Virus record (IMG/VR): IMGVR_UViG_3300005670_000019
Direction: 5' to 3' (one strand)
Source: a virus
Taxonomy: Duplodnaviria; Caudoviricetes
Length of the DNA stretch: 64,000 nt
The position numbers and the translations under genes are program-made. Shown here piece by piece: positions 54,850-64,000 of this stretch (position 1 is its first letter; every line of letters begins with the position of its first letter). Below the pieces are notes generated by a model. It did not search any database. It was not told the DNA's origin and saw only the letters and a program-made list of their open reading frames with translations.

Positions 54850-56730
54850 TCACCATTTTAGCGGCAAGGATTGTGTTGCGTGAGCCTTACTTCCAGTTTT
54901 TACAAGATTGTCTACTCCAATGAAAGGTATCCATGTCGAAGTCGATGGGTTGATACCAGTTGTAACTCTCCATGCTCCGTTTAGTCCATTCCCTGGGGCA
55001 TTTGGAACATCAACGAGTGTTCCACTGACATAAACATGCCTCCACCAATGCATTATTTCTTCTTGTGACACGGAACGCGTCACATATCCGACAGCATGGA
55101 CTCCCCAATCTTCAGCACCAGTAGTGTTTGTAGGTTGACCCGATCCTCCAACTGTAAATGGAAATCCAGATTCCGTATAAGGTATTCCAGTATCGTTGCC
55201 AGCCACACCATTTGCAAAGAAACCGTTTTGATAAACGGATACAGATCCGCCATCATAAGTTGTCACAATAAATATACAATATGAGCGATTAGAATTGGAG
55301 CCTGCCGCATTGGCAGAGAAAATTGTTGATGATGTCACAACAGTAACAACTGGCAGTGTATCCTGCATTGCAAATGTTGCTCCGCCACCTGCAAGAAATT
55401 GGTTTGACGTACTCCAAATTCTTTGCGTGTCTTCTCCATTATTCCAAGATGTTCTACAGTAAATTATTCCAACCGCCCAATTCGCAGAACCAGACAGTGG
55501 ATCATAAGACATTTGCCAAACATTTATATCCGCGTCGGAGGCTCCTTCGCCAAAACCAGTCAAAAAGTCTGCATAAGGTGTATGATTAACATTTACAGTA
55601 GTGCCGGATCCACTTATTGAAACTGACGATATAGCTGACCCATCAAAATTAATAAAATAAGCAGAAGAAGTTACTTGTGTGCCAGTTGAGCCAGAAAGAA
55701 TTTCAAGAGGTCCGGAAGAATATCTGATTTCTTCTAAAGCGGATTGGACGTTAGTGCTTGAAACATCACCAAAAGCCGTTGAAGCAAGCTCAGAAGCAAC
55801 AGTTGGCCAACCAACAAAAGAAGGAACAGTAAAATGTCCATCACGAACAACTTCAATCGTTCCTGACAAAGTCAAGTTATTGGAACCAATTTTATCTGGC
55901 AGGACTGATGGAGCACTTCCAGTTGGAAGGTCTGATGCCGACCATCTTGAAGTGAAAGAAGAATTTGGTAAATCTCCTGTTTCGGCAAAAGCACGAAGAA
56001 TTTCGTTCCATTCCGCATCTTGCAAAATTCCATTTGCTTTGAAAGCAACAGAAACAATTGTGCAATCAGTAGCTCCCCTGTCCGCACTTTGAGCATTTTT
56101 ACCAATGACAAATGGAAGAACTGTATTGAAGCCAAAAGTGGCTTGAGCTGCTGATTGAATAGTCCTGCCACCAATTTTCAAATATCTAGTAGAGCCATCC
56201 CACGCAAAAGAAAGAAGAAGTAAGGGTTTGGCAATTGGGTTTGAAAAATGCCAGCTTGGTGTAAAATTTTGTCCTCTGGTTAAACTAGCGTCGTTTGAAA
56301 TATAATTTGGTCGAGTATCAGTAAAGCCAAGCTCATAACCTTCACCAAAATTCAAATACGTATTTGAAACTAAGGCTCTTGCAAATGTTGTTTCACCCAA
56401 AATGCGATTTGGAATTGCGGCAACAACAACCTCAAACCCAGCATTTGAACCGCTAAGATTTGTTCCGGCAATAGGAATTGACCAATATGAAGAAGTTGAA
56501 AATCCTCTAAAGCCCTTCACCGGGTTTTTTGAAAGAGTGAGCGATACTCCTGATCCAGAAACCTCAACCAGTTCCGTCGCCGTTCCTTCAAAATTGATAA
56601 ATGTAGCATCTGTATCAATCAAAACGCCATTTGAACCGGAAGCAATTGCAATTGCACCACCTCCACTTCCTGTTGAAGTGGAATTTGCATTTACAATCTT
56701 CAATCTTCCTTGTGAATCGTATGAAGGCAT
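54850..56730 (-). CDS. Fibre/decoration protein with two LamG (ConA-like) domains
   Basis: AWDGSTRYLKI...FVIG and TYDGGSVSVYQNG...FTVGG, separated by SGS repeat linkers. Confidence 0.7.
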   Translation of the reverse strand: MPSYDSQGRLKIVNANSTSTGSGGGAIAIASGSNGVLIDTDATFINFEGTATELVEVSGSGVSLTLSKNPVKGFRGFSTSSYWSIPIAGTNLSGSNAGFEVVVAAIPNRILGETTFARALVSNTYLNFGEGYELGFTDTRPNYISNDASLTRGQNFTPSWHFSNPIAKPLLLLSFAWDGSTRYLKIGGRTIQSAAQATFGFNTVLPFVIGKNAQSADRGATDCTIVSVAFKANGILQDAEWNEILRAFAETGDLPNSSFTSRWSASDLPTGSAPSVLPDKIGSNNLTLSGTIEVVRDGHFTVPSFVGWPTVASELASTAFGDVSSTNVQSALEEIRYSSGPLEILSGSTGTQVTSSAYFINFDGSAISSVSISGSGTTVNVNHTPYADFLTGFGEGASDADINVWQMSYDPLSGSANWAVGIIYCRTSWNNGEDTQRIWSTSNQFLAGGGATFAMQDTLPVVTVVTSSTIFSANAAGSNSNRSYCIFIVTTYDGGSVSVYQNGFFANGVAGNDTGIPYTESGFPFTVGGSGQPTNTTGAEDWGVHAVGYVTRSVSQEEIMHWWRHVYVSGTLVDVPNAPGNGLNGAWRVTTGINPSTSTWIPFIGVDNLVKTGSKAHATQSLPLKW

Positions 56731-56834
56731 CTAAAATCACCCAATGATCATGATTATCGGTCTAACCAAAACAATATCAGCCGAATTTATTCCATTTGAA
56801 ATTGTTGGATTGTATAAATAGATATCTGCTGTGT

Positions 56835-59480
56835 TCATGGCACGGTCACCCCATATTCAGCGTTTAAGTATGCGTAAAAATCAGTCACATCTTGAGATGA
56901 AAGGTTTCCATCAAAAACCCAAATATGACAAGCTCCGTTGATATAGTTAATGCCATCAAAATTTGTTCCTGTTCTAAATTCAGCGGTTGTAAAGGTTCTA
57001 AATCCTACAAACGTTGAACCTGCGTCAACAATGGCTCTATCATCAACTCTCAAATTAACTAGATTTGAACCATCAATCCAAGCTCTTACAACGTGAGGTC
57101 CGGTTCCAAGTGTTGAAACTGTATCTGTTGCAACATAATCTATAGCGCCGTTATTGTACCCAAACTGCACAGCTGTTGAGCTCAACCCCAATGCTACCCA
57201 ACCATCAGCACCATCAGTTACAAGAGCTGCTTTTTCATAATATACAGGTGCGTCTGACGTTACGCTATCAACATTGTAGACTGCCCAAATTTCAAATTGA
57301 GTTGTTCCAACAACGTCCCCGAAGCTCGCCGTGTCTGTTTCAAGATAATCGGTTGTTCCATTGAAATCTGGTGCAGTTTTACCTGCCAAAGTTCCAACAT
57401 CTGGAACTTGTGCGCCAACTGATTGTGTCAAATTATAGCTGTTTGAAGTATCATCAGTCCAAAGAGAAGATACGTAGTTGTCCGTAAGAGATAGACTAAT
57501 CTGCGGTATTGAGAGAGGATCAAAAGGTGAAGGTTGGAATGAGCTGCTCACTCTAAACAAACCTGATCTTCCCATTTGTGTATCAGAAACCTTTACTTCA
57601 GAATAAAGATCGACGAAATCCATTGGGTATTGAACTACATATTGCCCATTTGCATTTGTTGATGCGGTTGTTACAAGTTCACCAGTATCGTTTCTAAAAA
57701 CTCTAACTGTTTGCCCTGAACCTGGATTTGGATAAATGCTTCCTGTTTTTTCAAACATGCGTGAATGATATGTAATAGCCGAATAAAGTTGTGGACGCAT
57801 AGCAGTTTGAGGAGCAAACGAAAGTCTCCAGTTTCGGTCTTCTTTCAAATTAAGAAGTTTTTGTGTCGGGTCGTTTGGATATTTTTTCCAAACAGCCAAA
57901 CCATTTCCAAATCCAACCAAATCTCCAGCTTCATTGTCAGTAATAAATGGATTGATATAAACAGGTTGCCAACCAGAAGAATAAAAATCATTATTATTTA
58001 ATTGAGCATCCAAAACTAACCAGGCATAACCCGTTGCTGAATAGAACCCCACGTTGTGCTTGAAGCCCGCGCCAATCAAATGATAATAATCTTCTGGAAT
58101 ATATGGTGTTGATGGATATGATGAAGTATAAAGATTTAGAACGCCGACAGTATCACTTGAAAATCCTTTCAACCTTGAAATTATCGTTTTGGTGTTGCTT
58201 CCTTCTCCTTCAGGATTTATGGAAGAGGTGTAGTTCAAATAAAGGAGTCCTGTTGTTCCCCCGCCAACTGTTCCAATTGTTGTTCCGGTTCTAAACAAAT
58301 CAAATGTTATTTCATTTAGACCTCGACTAAATGAACCAGAAAATTGTTGATCTATAGTTCTTTGGAATACGACAGGACCACCACGAAGAGTGGCAGCCCA
58401 ATCATATGTTACATTTGATTGACTATTGAAAGCAAAATTGATGGACAAGGCATTCGCATCATATGTCCAAACCTTTACGCCAGATTTCCTTAATTGGACT
58501 GGACCTTCGTCAACAATAGGAATAAATTTTCTGTCACGTGATCTGAGAAATGCATTTTCACCACCAAGAGCACCCGGCTCATTCAAAACAGGTAACATTA
58601 AAGAATTAAAAATACTTGTTGTTGCTTCTCTATCATATTCATATGTTGCATACAAAACAGCCGTCAAACACGGAAACGGTGTACCGACATTAGTAGTTGA
58701 AGCGGAAAGGGTAATTGAAGAAGATACGTTTATGTCTGGACGTTTCAACAACCTGTAATAATAGTTTGCGGAGACAAGTGTGTCGTCCGGGGCACCATCA
58801 CCCCAAGCAGCTTCAGCATTTATACTAAGATTTAATTGAGGGTTCGGAGCTGCCGCGGCAGTTGTGTTTCCCTGTACTTCGATTTCAAAGAAAATATCTC
58901 TAAAAGTTTTGTTGGCTTCTGGCAAATATGTTGCTAAAGCAGGAATGGTATCAATGGCAGTAAGGGTCGTTGTAAGGTTGCCCGTTCTGCCTTCAAGTGG
59001 AATTCTAACCGTTTTCAAAACTTGAGACGAGCTAAGTTCTTCATAAGAATATGTGATCATAATCTTTGAAGCAATGTTCGTATATGGCTGGACAGACTGT
59101 GAGAGTAAAGAAGTCAAAGAACATGTTACGTGATTATATGAAGAAGACATATAGGCTTGAAAAAAACCTGTTACATCTCTTAGGCACATAACTGTCATTG
59201 CTTCACCTGTGTTTGTTAAGGTTGAAGCTGTTACTTGAGTGGCAATTGGACTCGTCGTCGGTCCAGTAAATTGAATTGTGCCGCCCAAATGTGTTGGTGT
59301 GACCGCGGCTGCGGGTGATTGTTGAAAAAAGGTTTGAACAATTGCGCTTTGAATTGTTCTGTGAGGTCCAGTTTCCGGAAGATGAATAACTAACGGCTCA
59401 TGGGAAGCGGATGCAAATGCGGTAATTGAGGCAGTTACAAAATTAAAGGAATATTCAACAGTTTTATTTCTAATTGGCAT
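56835..59480 (-). CDS. Large tail/fibre structural protein with C-terminal LamG-like domain
   Basis: S/T-rich beta protein; DFNGTTDYL...VFDGNLS...YLNAEYG. Confidence 0.7.
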   Translation of the reverse strand: MPIRNKTVEYSFNFVTASITAFASASHEPLVIHLPETGPHRTIQSAIVQTFFQQSPAAAVTPTHLGGTIQFTGPTTSPIATQVTASTLTNTGEAMTVMCLRDVTGFFQAYMSSSYNHVTCSLTSLLSQSVQPYTNIASKIMITYSYEELSSSQVLKTVRIPLEGRTGNLTTTLTAIDTIPALATYLPEANKTFRDIFFEIEVQGNTTAAAAPNPQLNLSINAEAAWGDGAPDDTLVSANYYYRLLKRPDINVSSSITLSASTTNVGTPFPCLTAVLYATYEYDREATTSIFNSLMLPVLNEPGALGGENAFLRSRDRKFIPIVDEGPVQLRKSGVKVWTYDANALSINFAFNSQSNVTYDWAATLRGGPVVFQRTIDQQFSGSFSRGLNEITFDLFRTGTTIGTVGGGTTGLLYLNYTSSINPEGEGSNTKTIISRLKGFSSDTVGVLNLYTSSYPSTPYIPEDYYHLIGAGFKHNVGFYSATGYAWLVLDAQLNNNDFYSSGWQPVYINPFITDNEAGDLVGFGNGLAVWKKYPNDPTQKLLNLKEDRNWRLSFAPQTAMRPQLYSAITYHSRMFEKTGSIYPNPGSGQTVRVFRNDTGELVTTASTNANGQYVVQYPMDFVDLYSEVKVSDTQMGRSGLFRVSSSFQPSPFDPLSIPQISLSLTDNYVSSLWTDDTSNSYNLTQSVGAQVPDVGTLAGKTAPDFNGTTDYLETDTASFGDVVGTTQFEIWAVYNVDSVTSDAPVYYEKAALVTDGADGWVALGLSSTAVQFGYNNGAIDYVATDTVSTLGTGPHVVRAWIDGSNLVNLRVDDRAIVDAGSTFVGFRTFTTAEFRTGTNFDGINYINGACHIWVFDGNLSSQDVTDFYAYLNAEYGVTVP

Positions 59481-59486
59481 AAGTTA

Positions 59487-60326
59487 TCAACTTGAAGATA
59501 AGTCTACTTGAATGTTTACATATTTGACAGAGCCAGAAAGACTCAAAAGTCTAATTTCTAAACTATCTCCTGCTACAACTGATGTGTTTATTGGTGTGTC
59601 CCCCACCCACCAGTTTCCAGATGTTGTAATAAACAAGTTTGATGAAAGATTGGCAGAAGAGTTTACTCTGGTGTTAATTGAAGCAGAACAAGGTGTAGCG
59701 CCACTGAGATATCCTCTGACATTTGTCAAAGTGTAGGAACCATCCGATCTCCAAATAACTGTGTCTGTTGGGAAGATTGGATCAAGGAAAACGCCACCTT
59801 TTGAAAAAGTTGATGAACCTCCGGGTCCTCCAGAACCAGACGTTATTGTGATTGAAACGCCAGAGCCAGAAACTACAGCACTTTGAATTGCTGAGCCCTG
59901 AAAATTGATGTAATTAACGGATGCGGTGACAATTGCACCAGCAGAACCAGAAGAAATTACAAGATTGAAAGGTGATCCGCCAGACCCGGTCGTAGTTGTA
60001 ACCGTGACGCCAGAACCGGAAATATTTACACTTTCAATTCCTGGACCAGTAAAGTTGATAAAGTTAGCAGATGAGGTTACGATTTGCCCACTACTTCCAG
60101 AAGCTACGACAAGATTGTAACTTGAACCTTGAGCCGACAATGAACTAGAAACAGTAACCGTGACTCCACTTCCCGATGTTACAACAGAAACATCAGTTCC
60201 ACCTTCACCAACAAAATTGACAAAAGTAGCATTGGGAGAAACAATGCTTCCACTTTCTCGAACATCTATGTTAGAAGCAAGGTCGCCAACAACTTTCAAA
60301 TTACCATTCGCATCATAAACTGGCAT
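59487..60326 (-). CDS. Ser/Gly-rich fibre protein with ~40-aa repeats
   Basis: Three SGS...(F/Y)(I/V)NF.G...SGSGV.(V/I)T repeats. Confidence 0.7.
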   Translation of the reverse strand: MPVYDANGNLKVVGDLASNIDVRESGSIVSPNATFVNFVGEGGTDVSVVTSGSGVTVTVSSSLSAQGSSYNLVVASGSSGQIVTSSANFINFTGPGIESVNISGSGVTVTTTTGSGGSPFNLVISSGSAGAIVTASVNYINFQGSAIQSAVVSGSGVSITITSGSGGPGGSSTFSKGGVFLDPIFPTDTVIWRSDGSYTLTNVRGYLSGATPCSASINTRVNSSANLSSNLFITTSGNWWVGDTPINTSVVAGDSLEIRLLSLSGSVKYVNIQVDLSSS

Positions 60327-60679
60327 TAGTCAACAATCCTGTAGTGAGATACGACCCATGATGGTTCTGTTGTTGTAACTGCACCAGCCAAAACAATTGT
60401 AAGAGTTTGTCCATTTCCAACAACTATTTTTGAAGGATTTGTGTATCTGTCCCCGGAAGAAAGAGTAACAGTATCGTAAACTGCGGTTGGAGATCCAGCA
60501 ACAGTTATCGTAATTGTAACAGAAGCAGTATCTCTGTTCAAAACTGATAAGTTTTCTTTGTCAATGACAAAACTTGGATCTGTTCCGGGATCTGAAATCA
60601 TTGTGACAGGTGACGTACCAGTTGTAACTCCTACGCTTCCAGAAACAGCAACCATTGAATATGTGTCAGTAAGAGACAT
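60326..60679 (-). CDS. Small beta-rich structural protein
   Basis: T/V/S-rich; GAGG SD; ATATTTA upstream. Confidence 0.7.
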   Translation of the reverse strand: MSLTDTYSMVAVSGSVGVTTGTSPVTMISDPGTDPSFVIDKENLSVLNRDTASVTITITVAGSPTAVYDTVTLSSGDRYTNPSKIVVGNGQTLTIVLAGAVTTTEPSWVVSHYRIVD

Positions 60680-60698
60680 TGAACCTCATGAATTAAAT

Positions 60699-60720
60699 AT
60701 GGGGGCAAACAGCCCCCCAT
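60699..60720. terminator. Hairpin flanked by two late-type ATATTTA motifs
   Basis: atgggggc-aaaca-gccccccat; near-identical to the 26678 hairpin. Confidence 0.5.
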
Positions 60721-60745
60721 TGTAAATATCAATCTAACTCAAATA

Positions 60746-61444
60746 TCAGATTGATCCAGTGATTTCTGTAACAAGAATGCTGTTACCAGCCGAGTCATTA
60801 CTGAAAATAACTGAAACAGGTCCAATATAGTCAAACGGAACTTCATAATATCCGTTGTTTGAAAGACGAACTGTGTATTGTGACGTAGAAGCAACATCAG
60901 CAAGAGAAAGATAGCAGATGTTCGTTCCTTCTTTCCAGAATGTTGCACCTCTTCGGGTCGGTCGAAGTGGAAGCATTGTGTAAGAAGTTAGGCTCGCTGC
61001 CGCCGAAGAAACGTTTGTGTTAATTGCGCCAGGATTTAGAACTGATGCTGTTCCAACAACTGTGATTTGAGAAGAGCCCAAAAGTGTTGCATAAACAGAA
61101 CCAGTAACTCCTTCTGCCCAACCACCAACATAAATGGATTGTGTTGTCGGAAGGTTTGTAACAGAAACCGAAGGAGTTCCAAGGATAGTTGAATAAACAG
61201 ATCCAGTTACTCCCGAATCCCAACCTGCAATTTGAACTGATTGAGTAGCTACTGAAGTTGCACTGAAATTTCCTGAAACAACAAGAGCACCATCACTATC
61301 AATTTTTAGAAACTGTGCTCCAGTTGAACCTGAAGCCATGGCGAGAAAACCCACAGTTGACGAAGCAATAGCTGTAGATGATGAAACTGCAACTTCAACA
61401 CCTGTTGAAGCAAACAAGACACTAACTGGTGATTCAAGAGGCAT
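60746..61444 (-). CDS. Structural protein with internal tandem repeat
   Basis: TQSVQIAGWDSGVTGSVYSTILG / TQSIYVGGWAEGVTGSVYATLLG. Confidence 0.7.
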   Translation of the reverse strand: MPLESPVSVLFASTGVEVAVSSSTAIASSTVGFLAMASGSTGAQFLKIDSDGALVVSGNFSATSVATQSVQIAGWDSGVTGSVYSTILGTPSVSVTNLPTTQSIYVGGWAEGVTGSVYATLLGSSQITVVGTASVLNPGAINTNVSSAAASLTSYTMLPLRPTRRGATFWKEGTNICYLSLADVASTSQYTVRLSNNGYYEVPFDYIGPVSVIFSNDSAGNSILVTEITGSI

Positions 61445-61484
61445 ACATTACCGGACCTTTTCCTGAATGATAAATATGATGATA

Positions 61485-61949
61485 TTATCCAACTACTGAA
61501 CGTTCTCTAGAGATTTCAAATACTCCATCATAAGAAATCGTATCTGTTATGGTTCTTAGAACTGTATTTGCACCCGTGCCGTTGTAAAGTCGCAAAATAA
61601 TCTGATCAGGAACAATCGAAGAGGAAGAATAAACAAACTCTTTTTCAACAAGTTTTATCACTTTTGTGTTGTCAGTATACCATGTGACTGTTTCTGGAAA
61701 TGGAAAACCTTCGATTTCACGATAACCTGCTGTTTGATGCTGTGTTGAAACAAGTAAAAATAATCTAACAATGTAATCAATCGTATTTTGGGTACTTGAA
61801 AAGTTTACACCAACTTTTGTCTCAATGGCATTGATTGCATCATTCGCATTGATATGCTGATCACTATGTCTTAGTCCAGGTGTGTTTAGAACATCACCAC
61901 CAGAAGGGCTAATCAAGTTATCTAATGATGTAGGAAAATTAGACGGCAT
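61485..61949 (-). CDS. Putative structural protein
   Basis: MPSNFPTSLD...H...H.NANDAI.AIE.K.G, a fibre N-terminus-like sequence; CTACTTA upstream. Confidence 0.65.
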   Translation of the reverse strand: MPSNFPTSLDNLISPSGGDVLNTPGLRHSDQHINANDAINAIETKVGVNFSSTQNTIDYIVRLFLLVSTQHQTAGYREIEGFPFPETVTWYTDNTKVIKLVEKEFVYSSSSIVPDQIILRLYNGTGANTVLRTITDTISYDGVFEISRERSVVG

Positions 61950-62054
61950 TCTTCAATCTTCAACAAGCTAAGTAGAGGATGGTGTTGTCTCCTCTAATTG
62001 GTTATGTTCCATTACTTGATAATAATCAATGATAATGAACAGAATTTAGTTGGA

Positions 62055-62618
62055 TCAACCTCTCAAAAGAGTTTTTCCGTTATGATTTTGCCCTTGTTCG
62101 ATAACCGCTGAACGAGGAACAAGGATCACTCCCTCAAAGAGAGTTTCAACAGCAACCAAAGTTTTCAGATCATGTGGGTTAATCTTTCCAAGATCGAGAA
62201 CTTCATTTCCACGTAGTTCATAACATTTTTCTGAACCTTTCAAAACAAATTGCTTATTTGAAAGGTTTTTCAGTTGTCCGACTTTTCTTACAACATTTAT
62301 CGTGTATTCACCATCGGCTTTATACACCATTTTATAGAAATCATGACCTTCAACCAATCTGACTGTTTGGTGAGATTGGTTTGGTTGGTGGTGTATTTGT
62401 CCGTTTGCTATTCTTTGTTGAAGAATAGCCATTGGATCAATATCTCCTGTTCCTCTATTCGGAACAGGATTTCCAGGGACTCCTTGAAGTAGTTTTTCAA
62501 TGTCCACATTACTGTGGGCTGGTTCATAATGAGGCAAGTCAGCAATGTTTTTACTTTGATTGAAACGCTGCTTATCTCTCATATACCTATCAAACCAATC
62601 GTCATCATTATCGCTCAT
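62055..62618 (-). CDS. Hypothetical protein
   Basis: 187 aa, GAGG SD. Confidence 0.7.
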   Translation of the reverse strand: MSDNDDDWFDRYMRDKQRFNQSKNIADLPHYEPAHSNVDIEKLLQGVPGNPVPNRGTGDIDPMAILQQRIANGQIHHQPNQSHQTVRLVEGHDFYKMVYKADGEYTINVVRKVGQLKNLSNKQFVLKGSEKCYELRGNEVLDLGKINPHDLKTLVAVETLFEGVILVPRSAVIEQGQNHNGKTLLRG

Positions 62619-62621
62619 TTT

Positions 62622-63728
62622 TCAATCCTCAATACAGTTTAGCAACTTTAGAACTCTTTTTCTTCTTGCGCCATCAGTAGCAACACTCATTCCATGTTGA
62701 GAAATTAGATTGACAATCTCTGGCGTTGCTCCTTCTTCTTTGGCTACTTGAAACACCTTCATTATTGTTTGAAATGATGACCTATTTCCTGTTGCAACCC
62801 AAGACTGAATTGGGGCAATGATGGACTTCAAAGAAATCTCATTGAGCTCTCTTTTGATTTGCTCATAAGTGATTTTCTTTCGACTATCATCAAGCGTTCT
62901 AATATCAGTATCTTTTTCTTTCTTTACCCATCGTCTTGGTTTTACAAGATAAGCAGAACTAAATGGAGACATATCCACAACGTCATCATCAAGTTCTGGA
63001 TCACCCAAAAGAAGCGGTTCAGTTTCTTGTCTGATCGTGTCCACTGTCTGGTCGGTTATAGCCTTTGCAGAAGCCGATCGTAAATACCAGCGAGTTGGGT
63101 CCGCTTGTTCTTCTAGCTCGCCTTGGAGGGCTGGTTTTGGATTGCTCAAAACCAATCTGTTGGCATCAACCGGAACAGTGTAAAGGTGACCCTGTTGATA
63201 CATACTTGTTGACTCATAGTCATTAGGTGTATTCAATGGCTCACTGTCAGCAAGAATATCATCCAATTCACTATCAACATGTTCTACTTCATATGGTTCT
63301 TTTCGGTCTTGAGGAACAAAGTTTTGTGGTTTTGCAAACCACATTCTTTTTGGAGTTCCTGGCAAATCAAAGTAATTTTGATCTGCTGGTGTTCTTTGAG
63401 TTCCATATGCATATGGAGCAAGCTGCTCAAAGAGTTCATCATCTTCTTTTGAAGCTCTTTCTAAATCTGTCAAGTTGTCTGGTCCTGCACCCGGACCATT
63501 TACAGTTGCAGGAAAAGAATAGTCATACCCACCATCCCATTTTCCAAGAACTTCTTCTTCGTGTTCAATGTTTTGATTGACTTCAGAATCTTCCTGATTT
63601 GTCATTTTTTGAACAGAAGGATCAAGTGGAGCTGCCATTTGGTTTTGATTTCCAAATCCCCAAGGCTTTCCATTTCCAAGAAATGTTTGTGCCCCAGCCA
63701 ACACTCCTGTACTAACTTGTTTCTTCAT
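62622..63728 (-). CDS. Acidic hypothetical protein, probably late/virion
   Basis: CTACTTA 5 nt upstream; LFE, LEE, LNE motifs. Confidence 0.7.
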   Translation of the reverse strand: MKKQVSTGVLAGAQTFLGNGKPWGFGNQNQMAAPLDPSVQKMTNQEDSEVNQNIEHEEEVLGKWDGGYDYSFPATVNGPGAGPDNLTDLERASKEDDELFEQLAPYAYGTQRTPADQNYFDLPGTPKRMWFAKPQNFVPQDRKEPYEVEHVDSELDDILADSEPLNTPNDYESTSMYQQGHLYTVPVDANRLVLSNPKPALQGELEEQADPTRWYLRSASAKAITDQTVDTIRQETEPLLLGDPELDDDVVDMSPFSSAYLVKPRRWVKKEKDTDIRTLDDSRKKITYEQIKRELNEISLKSIIAPIQSWVATGNRSSFQTIMKVFQVAKEEGATPEIVNLISQHGMSVATDGARRKRVLKLLNCIED

Positions 63729-63733
63729 AAAGA

Positions 63734-63740
63734 TAAGTAG
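63734..63740 (-). promoter_or_regulatory. Late-type motif CTACTTA, leaderless
   Basis: CTACTTA-tcttt-ATG. Confidence 0.6.
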
Positions 63741-63781
63741 TTGGGTTTATTTCATGTTAGATTTTTTCTTTTTGCTCTCAT

Positions 63782-63809
63782 TTGAAATGATAATCCGGTA
63801 TGTTATGAT
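63782..63809 (+). promoter_or_regulatory. Sigma70-type promoter
   Basis: TTGAAA-16 bp (ending tgt)-TATGAT. Confidence 0.6.
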
Positions 63810-63827
63810 ATAGTGATTGGAGTACAA

Positions 63828-64000
63828 ATGAAATACGAATATAACATTGACAAGAGACTTTTCATTCAAGACGAAAACTGGCAGTTTGGAATGCCTGGGG
63901 TGATCTATGTTAGAGATGAATTCAACATGGAAATGGCTGCCCAATTTATCAATGAATTGAATGTTCTTTGTCATACAGGTCAAGACGTCATCCCAATTGT
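63828..64000 (+). CDS. ClpP-like protease, 5' part (truncated; not in ORF track)
   Basis: MKYEYNID...VIYVRDEFNMEMAAQFINELNVLCHTGQDVIPIV resembles the ClpP N-terminal fold preceding the S.GG motif; GGAG SD. Confidence 0.55.
   Translation, partial: MKYEYNIDKRLFIQDENWQFGMPGVIYVRDEFNMEMAAQFINELNVLCHTGQDVIPI

Noticed and set aside
56813-56820. T4 late consensus TATAAATA on the plus strand
   Set aside because: Points against the minus-strand structural operon; better read as CTATTTA on the minus strand
63747-63983. 78-aa minus-strand ORF in the track
   Set aside because: Overlaps the promoter, SD and better-supported plus-strand ClpP-like frame
1-64000. Stop-codon reassignment
   Set aside because: Conserved genes are full length in the standard code, and TGA, TAA and TAG all end genes at tight junctions
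1-64000. CRISPR array, tRNA genes, diversity-generating retroelement, introns or inteins
   Set aside because: No regularly spaced repeats, cloverleaf signatures or reverse transcriptase seen by eye; RecA, DnaB and NrdJ have no large insertions. tRNAscan and Infernal were not run

Overview
This window is 64 kb of a large, AT-rich, tailed dsDNA bacteriophage (jumbo/huge myovirus-like) using the standard genetic code, with very dense coding. I saw no tRNA, rRNA, CRISPR array, integrase or transposase. Modules from left to right: (i) minus-strand accessory genes (KTSC, HNH, a minimal RadA/Sms); (ii) a baseplate trio (tube-initiator-like, LysM/gp53-like, hub-like); (iii) a tandem array of small paralogous 'LxxGD...NG' proteins; (iv) a plus-strand host-takeover block (zincin-VWA, N4BP2-like kinase, M23 peptidase, peptide deformylase, CoaB-class II aldolase fusion, NAD epimerase, Rnl1 RNA ligase, VanW); (v) a minus-strand late operon of proteins carrying repeated 'L..IIRE.L.E / LxE' amphipathic motifs fused to enzyme domains (ART-like, nucleotidyltransferase, HAD nucleotidase); (vi) replication and nucleotide genes (minimal PolA, gp32-like SSB, RecA, dUTPase, 5'-3' exonuclease, DnaB, class II RNR, Nudix, ThyX, Dam, Nmad1), with a degenerate capsid-protein fragment and a stand-alone PheT anticodon-binding domain embedded among them; (vii) Ser/Gly-rich fibre/LamG structural genes and the start of a ClpP-like gene. 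Two promoter classes can be read directly from the sequence: TTGAAA-N17-(TG)-TANNNT/CACAAT and a late-type MTAYTTA motif. Both often sit only 5-8 nt before the ATG, which implies widespread leaderless mRNAs. All product calls come from motif recognition by eye, not from database searches.
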